NCBI RefSeq assembly: GCF_030144855.1
Contig: NC_082717.1
Location: 4,092,001-4,156,000 of the forward strand
Origin: Hypanus sabinus
Lineage: Eukaryota
Length of the DNA stretch: 64,000 bases
Reading direction: 5' to 3'
In this document: piece by piece, positions 1-11,464 of the stretch
How the letters are laid out: each line of letters begins with the position of its first letter
Position numbering within the stretch: the stretch's first letter is position 1
Position numbers and translations under genes: made by a program
The notes under the pieces: model-generated
Told to the model about the DNA's origin: nothing
Databases searched by the model: none
Seen by the model: only the letters and a program-made list of their open reading frames with translations

Positions 1-89
1 GAATAGGAACTCTAGAAGATTATACTTCAGTGTGAACCAAGAAAAGCCCAACATTCCTCAATGTTTAAACTGGAAACTCAGATTCACAT

Positions 90-600
90 GACTCATAAAA
101 TCATTCAGCACAGAAACAAGACCTTTGGCTCAACTTGTTCACACAGCAAGCATTTGACCCACAGACCGCTCACCCTCCCCTATCCATGTACTTCTCTAGA
201 TGGCTTTTACATGTTGTTAATGTGACACCACACCACTACTTCTGTCAGCACAGTCCAAATACGCAACACCCTTTGTGTGAAGAAGCTGCCCCGATGTCCC
301 ATTTCAATCTCTCGACTCTGATCTTTAACCTGTCCTCTTGTTTTTATCACCCCCTTCCTGGGGAATAGACTATGCTTTCACCCTGTCTATGCGCCTCATG
401 ATCAAATACCCCTCTATCAGGTCTCTCTCCCCCCAATCTCCTCAATTCCAGGGAATAAAGTCCTAGTGGACACAATCTGTCTTTGTGACACAGACCCCCA
501 GGTCCAGACAACATCCTGGTGGATCGTTTCTGCACTCTTTCTAGTTCAATAACATCCTTCCTTTCACAGGATGAACAAAACTGTACACAGTACCACTGCC
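90..600 (-). mobile_element. CR1 LINE 3' end fragment
   Basis: Minus-strand remnants of the ORF2 C-terminus (QKRSTRMLSG..., GLYSLELRRLGG) and the 3' UTR motif CAGCACAGAAACA.G.CC.TT.GGC seen at other CR1 ends in the window. Confidence 0.7.
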
Positions 601-677
601 CACAACCGGTTAATTAAACTTAAAGGTAGATGAAACCAGTCTCAGACTGGGTGACCCCACTCTGGGAATTTACTCAC

Positions 678-726
678 CCACTGCACAGACGGACAGAGTC
701 AAGGTTGTGATTATTGCTGCAAACAT
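678..726 (-). CDS. Signal-peptide (leader) exon of an Ig-superfamily-like gene that continues off the left end of the window
   Basis: ATG at 726-724, then 16 codons MFAAIITTLTLSVCAV plus one G, then a strong phase-1 donor G|GTGAGTA. Hydrophobic core, Ig/TCR-leader size and phase. A paralogous exon lies at 48100. Confidence 0.65.
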
Positions 727-806
727 TTCTCCTCGCTTGTTTTTCAAAAACAAAAATTCTGCTCATTCGAATCTGATGGACCCCATTGCTATTTCACAAG
801 TGACTG

Positions 807-905
807 GTTCCCCTTTGACTTCCCCACATACTTAATTCAACACAAAAGGCACAGGGTGTGAAGAGGAAGTGATGAGGGAAAGTGGGAAGTCCTGTAAAAA
901 TTGCT
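807..905 (-). promoter_or_regulatory. Putative promoter of the minus-strand leader exon (Ets/PU.1-like sites, motif shared with paralog)
   Basis: AAGAGGAAGTG at 861-871 and GGAAAGTGGGAAGT at 877-890. The minus-strand 16-mer AGCAATTTTTACAGGA (905-890) matches 47913-47928 at 15/16 positions. Confidence 0.45.
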
Positions 906-1139
906 CAAAAAATACCCGCAAACTGCAGAGTATCTGAATATTTTCATCCACATTTACATGTCTGTCACTGAAACTCACTCCTGACGCCCACACACCATTA
1001 TCAGATTGAAATGTGAGAAACAAGCCAGGTACACTGTTTCCCCTTCCTGTCAGTAGGGCTGCTCGTGGTGAGGCTACAAACACCGGCCCAACACCAGGCA
1101 AAACAGACATTCAGCTGTATGACAGTGTGACACTTACTG

Positions 1140-1515
1140 TACCATTTAAAGTTCAAAGCAAATTTATCATCAAAGTCTATGAATGTCTGGTGCACCTTCC
1201 CTCCGCTAGCCTGCAGGTCGCCCTTGGGGAAGGTGTAGCACCTGCTCAGCCCCTGAACAGGGTCGTGTGAAGCCATGGGAGCAGGTGGTGTATGGTTGTT
1301 TGAGCAGACAGTGTATATCACAAGTTCTGGTTATGTGACCTCTGGCACCAGGCAGACAATCTCTGAAGAGTATTGATAATGGCTGGGGTCACCCGTCTTG
1401 TAAAGACTCTGCCCAGAAGAAGGCAATGGCAAACGACTTCTGTGGAAAACTTTGCCCAGAACAAAAATGGTTAAAAGACCATGATTGTCCATGTCACATG
1501 ACATGGCACGTAACA
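1140..1515 (+). mobile_element. SINE-like repeat with RTE/BovB-type tail
   Basis: Contains AGAAGAAGGCAATGGCAAAC, resembling the BovB/RTE-family 3' motif. Starts with the AAGTTCAAAG...TTTATCATCAAAG head seen on other short repeats here. Confidence 0.45.
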
Positions 1516-1609
1516 ATTGGACAGTTGATACATCACCATGAATTGCATTTTCTGCCTTTTTGTAAGTGGAAAGAAATACAATAAAGTCAATAACAGCTGC
1601 ACATGACAG

Positions 1610-3020
1610 AGGCATGGAACATAAAGCGGTACAGCACAGGAACAGGCCCTTTGCCCACAATGTTGTGCCAAGTCAGTGAAATTAGTTTCCAAATGAACTG
1701 CTAAACTTAGCTCTTTTACCTACACAATGCCCAGAAGCAGCAAAGTTGTATAAGACATCGTGAGGTTTAATTTGGAGTGTTGTGTGGAGTTTTGTTCCCC
1801 TACCTACAGGAAAGATGTAAACAAGGTTAAAAGATGGTCTGGTGGACCTGAGTTATAAGGAAAGATTGAATTTTCTAGGGAATAAATGTCCTAACCTATT
1901 CAACCTATTCTCATAAGGCATTCTCCCCAATCCAGGCAACATTCTTGTCAATCTCCTCTGCACCCTTTCTATGGCTTCCACATCCTTCCTGTAGTGAGGT
2001 GACCAGAACTGAGCACAGTACTCCAAGTGGGGTCTGACCAGGGTCCTATATAGCTGCAACATTACCTCTTGGCTTCTAAATTCAATTCCACGATTGATGA
2101 AGGCTAATACACCATACACTTTCTTAACCACAGAGTCAACCTGTGCTGCTGCTTTGAGCATCCTATGGACGGACCCCAAAATGCACACAGCCAAGTGTCT
2201 TACCATTAATACTATATTCTGCCATCATATTTGACCTACTAAAATGAACCACTTCACACTTATCTGGGTTGAACTCCATCTGCCACTTCTCAGCCCAATT
2301 TGCATCCTCTCCATGTCCTACTGTAACCTCTGATAGCCCTCCACACTATCCACAACACCTCCAACCTTTGTGTCATCAGTAAGCTTACTAACCCAGCCCT
2401 CCACTTCCTCATCCAGGCCATTTATAAAAATCACAAAGAGTAAGAGTCCCAGAGCAGATCCCTGCGGCACACCACTGGTCACTGACCTCCATGCAGAATA
2501 TGACCCATCTACAACCACTCTTTGCCTTCTGTGGGCATGCCAGTTCTGGATCCACAAAGCAATGTCCCCTTGCATCGCATATCTCCTTACTTTCTCAATA
2601 AGCCTTGCATGGGGTACCTTATCAAACGCTTTGCTGAAATCCATATACAGTACATCTACTGCTCTTCCTTCATCAACGTGTTTAGTCACATCCTCAAAAA
2701 ATTCAATCAGGCTCTTAAGGCACGACCTGCCCTTGACAAAGCCACGCTGACTATTCATAATCATATTATACCTCTCCAAATGTTCATAAATCCTGCATCT
2801 CAGGATTTTCTGCATCAACTTACCAACCACTGAGGTAAGACTCACTGGTCTATAATTTCCTGGGCTATCTCTACTCCCTTTCTTGAATAAAGGAACAACA
2901 TCCGCTACCCTCCACTCCTCTGGAACCTCTCGCGATCATTGATGTTGCAAAGATCATCAACAGAGGCTCAGCAATCTCCTTTGTCACCTCCCACAGTAGA
3001 CTGGGCTAACATCTCATCTG
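1610..3020 (-). mobile_element. CR1 LINE, 5'-truncated RT region and 3' end (small plus-strand fragment at about 1740-1880)
   Basis: ORFs 2318-2845 and 1853-2206 carry CR1 RT motifs ([41 protein letters not shown]). Confidence 0.9.
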
Positions 3021-3039
3021 GTCCCAGCGACTTATCCGA

Positions 3040-3790
3040 CTTGGGCTGATCCAATTCTTCCAGTCATCTCCACTCCCCATACCCTTAGATGCCACAGCTA
3101 ATCAAGAACCTCATCCTTAAATACGCCCGATGTCTTGGCCTCCACAGCTGCTCGTGGCAACAAATTCCACAGATTTACCACCATCTGACTAAAGTAATTT
3201 CTCCGCATCTCAAAGTGGACTTTCTTCATCCTGAAGTCGTAGCCTTTTATCCTAGAAGCCCCTACCATGGGAAGTAACTTTGCCATATCTAATCCATTCA
3301 GGCCTTTTAACATCTGGAATGTTTCTATGAGATCCCCCCCCTCATTCTCCAGAACACCAGGGAATGCAGCCCAAGAGGTGTCAGATGTTTCTCATACGAT
3401 CACCCTTTCATTCCTGGAATCATTCTTGTGATTCTTCTCGGAACCCTCTCCAATGTCATTCTATCCTTCTTAAAGTAAGGAAGCCAAAACTGCACACAAT
3501 ACTCCAAATGTGGTCTCACGCGTAAATTATAGAGCCTCAACATCTCATCCCTGCTCTTATATTCTATACCTCTAGAAATGAATGCCAACATTACATTCAC
3601 TTTCTTCACAACCAACTCAACTTGGAGGTTAACCTTCAGGGTATCTTGCACGAGGACTCCCAAGTCCCATCGCATCTCGGCATTTTGAATTATCTCCCCA
3701 TCTAAATAATTGTCTGCCTATGTATTTCTTCAACCAAAGTGCATGACCATACACTTTCCAACATTGTATTTCATTTGCCGCTATCTAAGT
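3040..3790 (-). mobile_element. CR1 LINE 3' fragment
   Basis: ORFs 3400-3675 and 3098-3313 (LAFISRGIEYKS, RPHLEYCVQFW, VVNLWNLLP). Confidence 0.85.
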
Positions 3791-3974
3791 CACCCTGCAG
3801 GCTCTCTGTTTCCTCAACACGCCGTTGAGGTTATCCTGACAGGATGCAATGCAGCCTGGATGGAAACCCCGATATCCAAAATGGAAAGTCTACTAAAGGC
3901 AGTGGATACAGCCCAGTCCATCATGGAGAAAGCATTCCCTGCCATTGAGCACATCTCCAAGGAGTGCTGCCACC

Positions 3975-6246
3975 AGAAAGCAGCATTCATCATCACAGAC
4001 CACCTCCACCCAGCCCATGCTCTCTCCTCACTGTCTCCAGAAAGCAGATTCATCATCACAGACCACCTCCACCCAGCCCTTGCTCTCTCCTCACTGTCTC
4101 CAGAAAGCAGATTCATCATCACAGACCACCTCCACCCAGCCCATGCTCTCTCCTCACTGTCTCCAGAAAGCAGCATTCATCATCACAGACCACCTCCACC
4201 CAGCCCATGCTCTCTCCTCACTGTCTCCAGAAAGCAGCATTCATCATCACAGACCACCTCCACCCAGCCCTTGCTCTCTCCTCACTGTCTCCAGAAAGCA
4301 GATTCATCATCACAGACCACCTCCACCCAGCCCATGCTCTCTCCTCACTGTCTCCAGAAAGCAGATTCATCATCACAGACCACCTCCACCCAGCCCTTGC
4401 TCTCTCCTCACTGTCTCCAGAAAGCAGATTCATCATCACAGACCACCTCCACCCAGCCCATGCTCTCTCCTCACTGTCTCCAGAAAGCAGCATTCATCAT
4501 CACAGACCACCTCCACCCAGCCCATGCTCTCTCCTCACTGTCTCCAGAAAGCAGCATTCATCATCACAGACCACCTCCACCCAGCCCTTGCTCTCTCCTC
4601 ACTGTCTCCAGAAAGCAGATTCATCATCACAGACCACCTCCACCCAGCCCATGCTCTCTCCTCACTGTCTCCAGAAAGCAGATTCATCATCACAGACCAC
4701 CTCCACCCAGCCCATGCTCTCTCCTCACTGTCTCCAGAAAGCAGATTCATTATCACAGACCACCTCCACCCAGTCCATGCTCTCTCCTCACTGTCTCCAG
4801 AAAGCAGATTCATCATCACAGACCACCTCCACCCAGTCCATGCTCTCTCCTCACTGTGTCCAGAAAGCAGCATTCATCATCACAGACCACCTCCACCCAG
4901 CCCATGCTCTCTCCTCACTGTGTCCAGAAAGCAGATTCATCATCACAGACCACCTCCACCCAGCCCATGCTCTCTCCTCACTGTGTCCAGAAAGCAGCAT
5001 TCATCATCACAGACCACCTCCACCCAGCCCTTGCTCTCTCCTCACTGTCTCCAGAAAGCAGATTCATCATCACAGACCACCTCCACCCAGCCCATGCTCT
5101 CTCCTCACTGTCTCCAGAAAGCAGCATTCATCATCACAGACCACCTCCACCCAGCCCATGCTCTCTCCTCACTGTCTCCAGAAAGCAGATTCATTATCAC
5201 AGACCACCTCCACCCAGCCCATGCTCTCTCCTCACTGTCTCCAGAAAGCAGATTCATCCTCACAGACCACCTCCACCCAGCCCATGCTCTCTCCTCACTC
5301 TCCAGAAAGCAGAATCATCATTACAGACCACCTCCACCCAGCCCATGCTCTCTCCTCACTGTCTCCAGAAAGCAGCATTCGACATCACAGACCACCTCCA
5401 CCCAGCCCATGCTCTCTCCCCACTGTCTCCAGAAAGCAGATTCATCATCACAGACCACCTCCACCCAGCCCATGCTCTCTCCTCACTGTGTCCAGAAAGC
5501 AGATTCATTGTCACAGACCACCTCCACCCAGCCCATGCTCTCTCCCCACTCTCCAGAAAGCAGATTCATTGTCACAGACCACCTCCACCCAGCCCATGCT
5601 CTCTCCTCACTGTCTCCAGAAAGCAGATTCATCATCACAGACCACCTCCACCCAGCCCATGCTCTCTCCTCACTGTCTCCAGAAAGCAGATACATCATCA
5701 CAGACCACCTCCACCCAGCCCATGCTCTCTCCTCACTGTCTCCAGAAAGCAGATTCATCGTCACAGACCACCTCCACCCAGCCCATGCTCTCTCCTCACT
5801 GTGTCCAGAAAGCAGATTCATCATCACAGACCACCTCCACCCAGCCCATGCTCTCTCCTCACTGTCTCCAGAAAGCAGATTCATCGTCACAGACCACCTC
5901 CACCCAGCCCATGCTCTCTCCTCACTGTCTCCAGAAAGCAGCATTCGACATCACAGACCACCTCCACCCAGCCCAAGCTCTCTCCTCACTGTCTCCAGAA
6001 AGCAGATTCATCATCACAGACCACCTCCACCCAGCCCATGCTCTCTCCTCACTGTCTCCAGAAAGCAGATTCATCATCACAGACCACCTCCACCCAGCCC
6101 ATGCTCTCTCTTCACTCTCCAGAAAGCAGATTCATCGTCACAGACCACCTCCACCCAGCCCATGCTCTCTCCTCACTGTCTCCAGAAAGCAGATTCATCA
6201 TCACAGACCACCTCCACCCAGCCCATGCTCTCTCCTCACTGTCGCC
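3975..6246 (+). repeat. 63/64-bp minisatellite, about 36 copies, derived from the LINE
   Basis: Unit AGAAAGCAG(C)ATTCATCATCACAGACCACCTCCACCCAGCCCATGCTCTCTCCTCACTGTCTCC. It explains the three overlapping 776-855 aa ORFs. Confidence 0.97.
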
Positions 6247-6406
6247 AGAATCTATTCATATTGGGAAATCAATATAGAAGCAGAGCAAGTGTAAATCAGC
6301 CCCAGATTAAACCACATCTGCTTATTTTGCAGATGCTACTTTTATATGTTGGCTTTGAGACTTTGATGATGTGTATGACAGGTGTACACTTAATGAAATA
6401 GCAAGT

Positions 6407-7351
6407 AACTTCTGCCACCTCCAACGGGATCCCACTACCAAGCACATTTTTCCCTCCCCCCTCTTTCTGCTTTCAGCAGGGATCACTTCCTATGCAGCTC
6501 CCTTGTCCACTCGTCCCCCCCATCCCTTCCCACCGATCTCCCTCCTGGCACTTATCCTTGTAAACGGAACAAGTGCTACAGCTGCCCTTACACTTCCTCC
6601 CTCACCACCATTCAGGGCCCCAGACAGTCCTTCCAGGTGAGGCGACACTTCACCTGTGAGTCGGCTGGTGTGGTATACTGCGTCCGGTGCTCCCGGTGTG
6701 GCCTTTTATATATTGGTGAGATCCGACGCAGACTGGGAGTCCGTTTCGCTGAACACCTACGCTCGGTCCACCAGAGAAAGCAGGATTTCCCATTTTAATT
6801 CCACGTCCCATTCCCATTCTGATATGTCCTCCATGGCCTCCTCTATTGTCAAAATGAATCCAAACTCAGGTTGGAGGAACAACACCTTATATACTGGCTG
6901 GGTAGCCTCCAACCTGATGGCATGAACATTGACTTCTCTAACTTCTGTTAATGCCCTTCCTCCCCTTCTTACCCCATCCCTGACATATTTAGTTGTTTGC
7001 CTGTTCTCCATCTCCCTCTGGTGCTTGCCCCGCTTTTTCTTTCTCCTGAGGCCTCCCGTCCCATGATCCTTTCCCTTCTCCAGCTCGGTATCACTTTCAC
7101 CAATCACCTTTCCAGCTCTTAGCTTCATCCCACCCCCTCCGGTCTTCTCCTATCATTTCGCATTTCCCCCTCCCCCCATTACTTTCAAATCTCTTACTAT
7201 CTTTCCTTTCATTTAGTCCTGACGAAGGGTCCCGGCCTGAAACATCGACAGCGCTTCTCCCTGTAGATGCTGCCTGGCCTGCTGTGTTCCACCAGCATTT
7301 TGTGTGTGTTGCTTGAATTTCCAGCGTCTGCAGATTTCCTCGTGTTTGCTC
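6407..7351 (+). mobile_element. Penelope-like element, 5'-truncated (GIY-YIG endonuclease and pLTR)
   Basis: Translates as QSFQVRRHFTCESAGVVYCVRCSRCGLLYIGEIRRRLGVRFAEH. Flanked by an imperfect 14-bp TSD: ATGAAATAGCAAGT (6393-6406) and ATGAAGTAGCAGGT (7352-7365). Confidence 0.9.
7214..7251 (+). ncRNA. Minimal type I hammerhead ribozyme core of the Penelope pLTR, probably decayed
   Basis: TAGTC-CTGACGA-A-GGGTCCCGGCCT-GAAAC-ATC-GACAG gives stem I, the CUGANGA box, stem II, the GAAA box and the cleavage triplet (GTC to ATC, consistent with CpG decay). Confidence 0.75.
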
Positions 7352-8629
7352 ATGAAGTAGCAGGTTATTGTTTTCTAACCTCATCCGCACTATGCATGAC
7401 AAAAATTCAGGAAGTGCCTCCAGCAAGCAATCGTGTCATCAGTCCAGAAACATTTATCAGAAGGTGGAAGTACAATGCAAATATTGCTGAAAGGCTTCCG
7501 GTTTTATTCTAAAAAAAGAAGGTACAGGAGTCTTAGGTCCCACACCACCAAGTTCAGGAATGGTTATTACCCCTTAACTATCAGGCATCTGAACTGGTGT
7601 GAAAAACCTTACTCACCTCAACACTGAACTGATTCCACAAACCATGGGCTCCCTTTCAAGGAGTCTACAACTCACGGTACATGGTAGAGGAGTGGCTAGC
7701 ACAACGAGTAACAGTGCAGATGACCCGAGTTCAATTCCCATCCCTATCTGTAAGGAGGTTATAGTTCTCCCCATATCTGAGTGGGTTTCCTTCCATGGTT
7801 CAATGACTTACTAGTTGGTAGGTTAATTGGTCATTGTAAATTGTCCCATGATTAGGCTGGGATTAAATTGGGTACCGCACTGCGTCTCAATCAATATCTA
7901 AATGTCATAACAAATGCAGAATCTATTCATATTGGGAAATCAATATAGAAGCAGAGAAAGTGGAAATCAGCCCCAAGTCAAACCACATCTGCTTACTTTG
8001 CAGATACTATTTTTAAATGTTGGCTTTGAGGTTTTGATGATGTGTGTGATAGGTGTACACTTAATGAAATAGCAGGTTATTTTTTTCTAACCCCAACTGC
8101 ACTATGAATGAAAAAAATTCAAGAAGTGCCTCCAGTAAGCAATTGTGTCATCAGTCCAGAAATATTTATCAGAAAGTGGAAGTAGAATGCAAATATTGTT
8201 GAAAGAGTTCAGGTTTTATTCTAAATGTTATAGCAATTTAACTGAAAAGGAAGTAATGAGTTTATATGTTGGCACACCCATTACTTCAACATACAAAGAT
8301 GCTGGTCTCTCCCTCGGCCCGGCTGCTGAACTATTCAGGTGCCTGTCCAGTCAGTCTCCCACCCTCCATCAACTTCAAACAAACTGACCGTCACGACGGG
8401 CGCTGGCAATGTTGGAACCCAAGTGTGCAGGAAAGACAGACTCTGATTAGAGACGATAACAACAGTTTATTCATAATAATTCAAAAAGAATATCAGTGGC
8501 CGGCCGAGTGACACCATGAGAAGTAACAGTCCCAAAATCAGGACTCTGTGATGAGTGCTAATCAGGCATCTGCTTACAGGAACCCCTGAGCCCATCAGAA
8601 TGAACTGAGTGAGTTTAAACAGAAAGCAT

Positions 8630-10690
8630 CAGGAGAACACGTTACAGAGAGACCTGTACAAGAGAGACGGGTTACACCTGAACTACAAGGGGACCAATGT
8701 ACTTGCAGGGAGGTTTGCTAGTGCTATGGGGGGCGGGGGGAGGTTAAATGAGATTTGCAGGGGAATGGGAACCAGAGTGACAGAGCAGATAGTGGAGCGG
8801 GGGTGAAAATAAATGATGTTAAAGGTTCATGCAAAGTCACAAATAGAAGGGTTGTGTGTGGTGGTAATAATCTTCTGAGCTGTGCCTATTTCAATGAGAG
8901 GAGCATTGTGGGGAAGGCAGACGAGCTGAGGGCGTGGATTGACGTGTGGAATTTAGACATTGTAGCCATTAGTGAAACTTGGGTACAGGAGGGGTAGGAC
9001 TGGCAGCTCAATGTTCCAGGGTTCCGATGTTTCAGATGTGATACAGGCAGAGAGGATTTATTTACTCTGATTTGCCTCAAGACATCAAGCACCTCCTCCT
9101 CTTTAATCTGTATAAATTCATGACCTCCCTACTTGTTTGCCTTGTTTCCATAGACTCCATTCCAGTTTCCTTAGTAAGTACAGACGCAAAAAAACTCATT
9201 TAAGATCTCTCCCATTTCTTTTGGTTCCATACATAGCCGACCACTCTGATCTTCAAGAGGACCAATTTTATCCCTTACTATCCTTTTGCTCTTAACTTCC
9301 CTGTAGAAGCTCTTAGGATTATCCTTCACCCTGACTGTCAAAGCAACCTCATGTCTTCTTTTAGCCCTCCTGATTTCTGTCTTAAGTATTTTCTTACTCT
9401 TTTTATACTCCTCAAGCATCTTATTTCCTCCCTGTTGCCTATACATGTTATACATCTCTCTCTTCTTTATCAGAGTTCCAATATCCCTCGAGAACCAAGA
9501 TTCCTTATTCTTATTCATTTTGCCTTTAACTCTGACTGGAACATACAAACTCTGCAAGTTTGTTAGTCAGGAAGATTCAGTCGCTAGGAATACATGGTGA
9601 GGTAGTTAATGGGATTAGACATTGGCTCAATGGGAGAAGCCAGAGAGTGGTAGTGGAAGATTGCTTCTCTGAGTGGAGGCCTGTGTCTAGTGGTGTGCCA
9701 CAGGGATCAGTGCTGGGTCCATTGTTATTTGTCATCTAGATCAATGATCTGGATGATAATGTGGTAAATTGGATCAGTAAATTTATTGATGATACAAAGA
9801 TTGCAGGTGTAGTTTACAGTGAGGAAGGTTTTCAAAGCTTGCAGAGGGATCTGGACCAGCTGGAAAAATGGGCTGAAAAATGGCAGATGGACTTTAATAC
9901 AGACATGTGTGAGGTATTGCACTTTGGAAGGAAAAACCAAGGTAGAACATACAAGGTAAATGGTAGGGCACTGAGGAGTGCAGTAGAACAGAGGGATCTG
10001 GAAGTACAGATACATAATTCCTTAAAAGTGGCATCATAGGTAGATAGGGTAGTAAAGAGAGCTTTTGGTACATTGGTGTTTATAAATCAAAGTATTGAGT
10101 GTAAGAGTTGGAATGTTATGGTGAGTTTGTATAAGGCATTGGTAAAGCTGAATTTGGAGTATTGTGTACAGTTTTGGTCACCTAGTTACAGGAAGCATAT
10201 TAATAAGGTTGAAAGAGTGCAGAGAAGGTTTACAAGGATATTGCTGGGACTTGAGAAACTGAGTTACAGAGAAACGTTATTAGGACGTTATTCCCTGGAG
10301 CATAGAAGAATGAGGGGAGATTTGATAAAGGTGTATAAAATTATGATGGGTGTCAATAGAGTGAATGCAAGCAGGCTTTTTCCACTGAGACTAGGGGAGA
10401 AAAAAAAACAGAGGACATGGTTTAAGTGTGAAGGGGGAAAAGTTTAAAGGGAACATTTGGAGGGGACTACTTCACACGATGTGTTGGGAGTTTGGAATGA
10501 GCTGCCAGATGAATTGGTAAATGAGGGCTCACTTTTCAAACTTAAGAAAAACTTGGACAGGTACCTGGATGAGAGGGGTATGGAGGGATATGGGTCAGGT
10601 GCAGGTCAGTGGGACTAGGCAGAAAAATGGTTCAGCACAGTGAAGGACCAGAGGGCCTGTTTCTGTGCTGTAACGTTCTATGTTCTATAG
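8630..10690 (+). mobile_element. CR1 LINE with an internally inverted segment (about 9053-9557 on minus)
   Basis: ORF1 end and endonuclease start (DIVAISETW) on plus, linker on minus (ORF 9171-9557), RT and 3' end on plus (WISKFIDDTKIAG, LEYCVQFWSP). Confidence 0.85.
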
Positions 10691-11464
10691 AGTAAGTCGT
10701 GGAGAAAATCACAAGGAATTCTAAACAATGACTGTCATTAAACAATAATTAACTATTTCAGGATGTCTAAAAACCTCAGAGACCCAGTGCTCCAAACAGG
10801 CCTGAAGAACTCATTACTGACTTCCCTCCCTATGGCTGGCACCCGATGTCCCAGGGAGACCTGAAAACGCAAGAGTCAGGGATGAATTGAGGGATTTGGG
10901 AAACTCGAGACAGAGGCACAGAAAGCTCAGAAAGGAGATCTGGGGAACTTGAGAGGGAACATAGAACAGTACAGCACAGGAACAACCCTTCGATCTACAA
11001 TATTGTGCCAAACCAGTTAAGTTGCAAATCAAAAACACCCAAACATCAATCCCTCCTACCTACACAATATCCATATTCCTCCATCTTCCTTACATCTCTG
11101 TGCCTATCTAAATCTAAGGGACCAAGAGACCAGGGAACCTCTTTCTTTTTTACGGCACATTACAGGCCCTTCAGCCCACAATGTTGTGCTGACCATGAAA
11201 CCTACTCCAGAAACTGCCTAAAATTACCCCACCACATAACCCTCCAGTTTTCTAAGCTCTACGTACCTATCTAAGAGGCTCTTGAAGAACCTTATTGTAT
11301 CTGCTTCCACCGCCACCGCCAGCAGTGCATTCCACGCACCCACCATTCTCTGTGTGACAAACTTACCCCTGACATGCCCTCGGTACCTGTTTCCAAGCAC
11401 CTTAAAACTTTGCCCCCTCGTGTTAGCCATTTCAACCATGAGGGAAAAGCCTCTGCCTACCCAC

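Larger units (their letters stand above)
3800..7690 (+). mobile_element. L2/Rex1-like LINE 3' end, split by an internal minisatellite and by insertions
   Basis: TGCNAAW...AQSIMEKAFPAIEHISKECCHQKAAFIITDHLHPAHAL at 3800-4030 continues as RRYRSLRSHTTKFRNGYYPLTIRHLN at about 7515-7595. Same family as 27480-27660 and 33240-34300. Confidence 0.8.
6247..8224. repeat. Local duplication of about 310 bp: copy 1 = 6247-6406 plus 7352-7512 (split by Penelope), copy 2 = 7917-8224
   Basis: AGAATCTATTCATATTGGGAAATCAATATAGAAGCAGAG... and ...CATCAGTCCAGAAA.ATTTATCAGAA.GTGGAAGTA.AATGCAAATATTG occur twice. Confidence 0.9.

Noticed and set aside
979-1073. Possible minus-strand exon (TTTGTAG acceptor, GGA|GTGAGT donor) upstream of the leader
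   Set aside because: No recognisable peptide in any frame; could be a 5' UTR exon or chance.
3710-6401. Three overlapping 776-855 aa ORFs
   Set aside because: Translations of a stop-free minisatellite in all three frames; not a gene.
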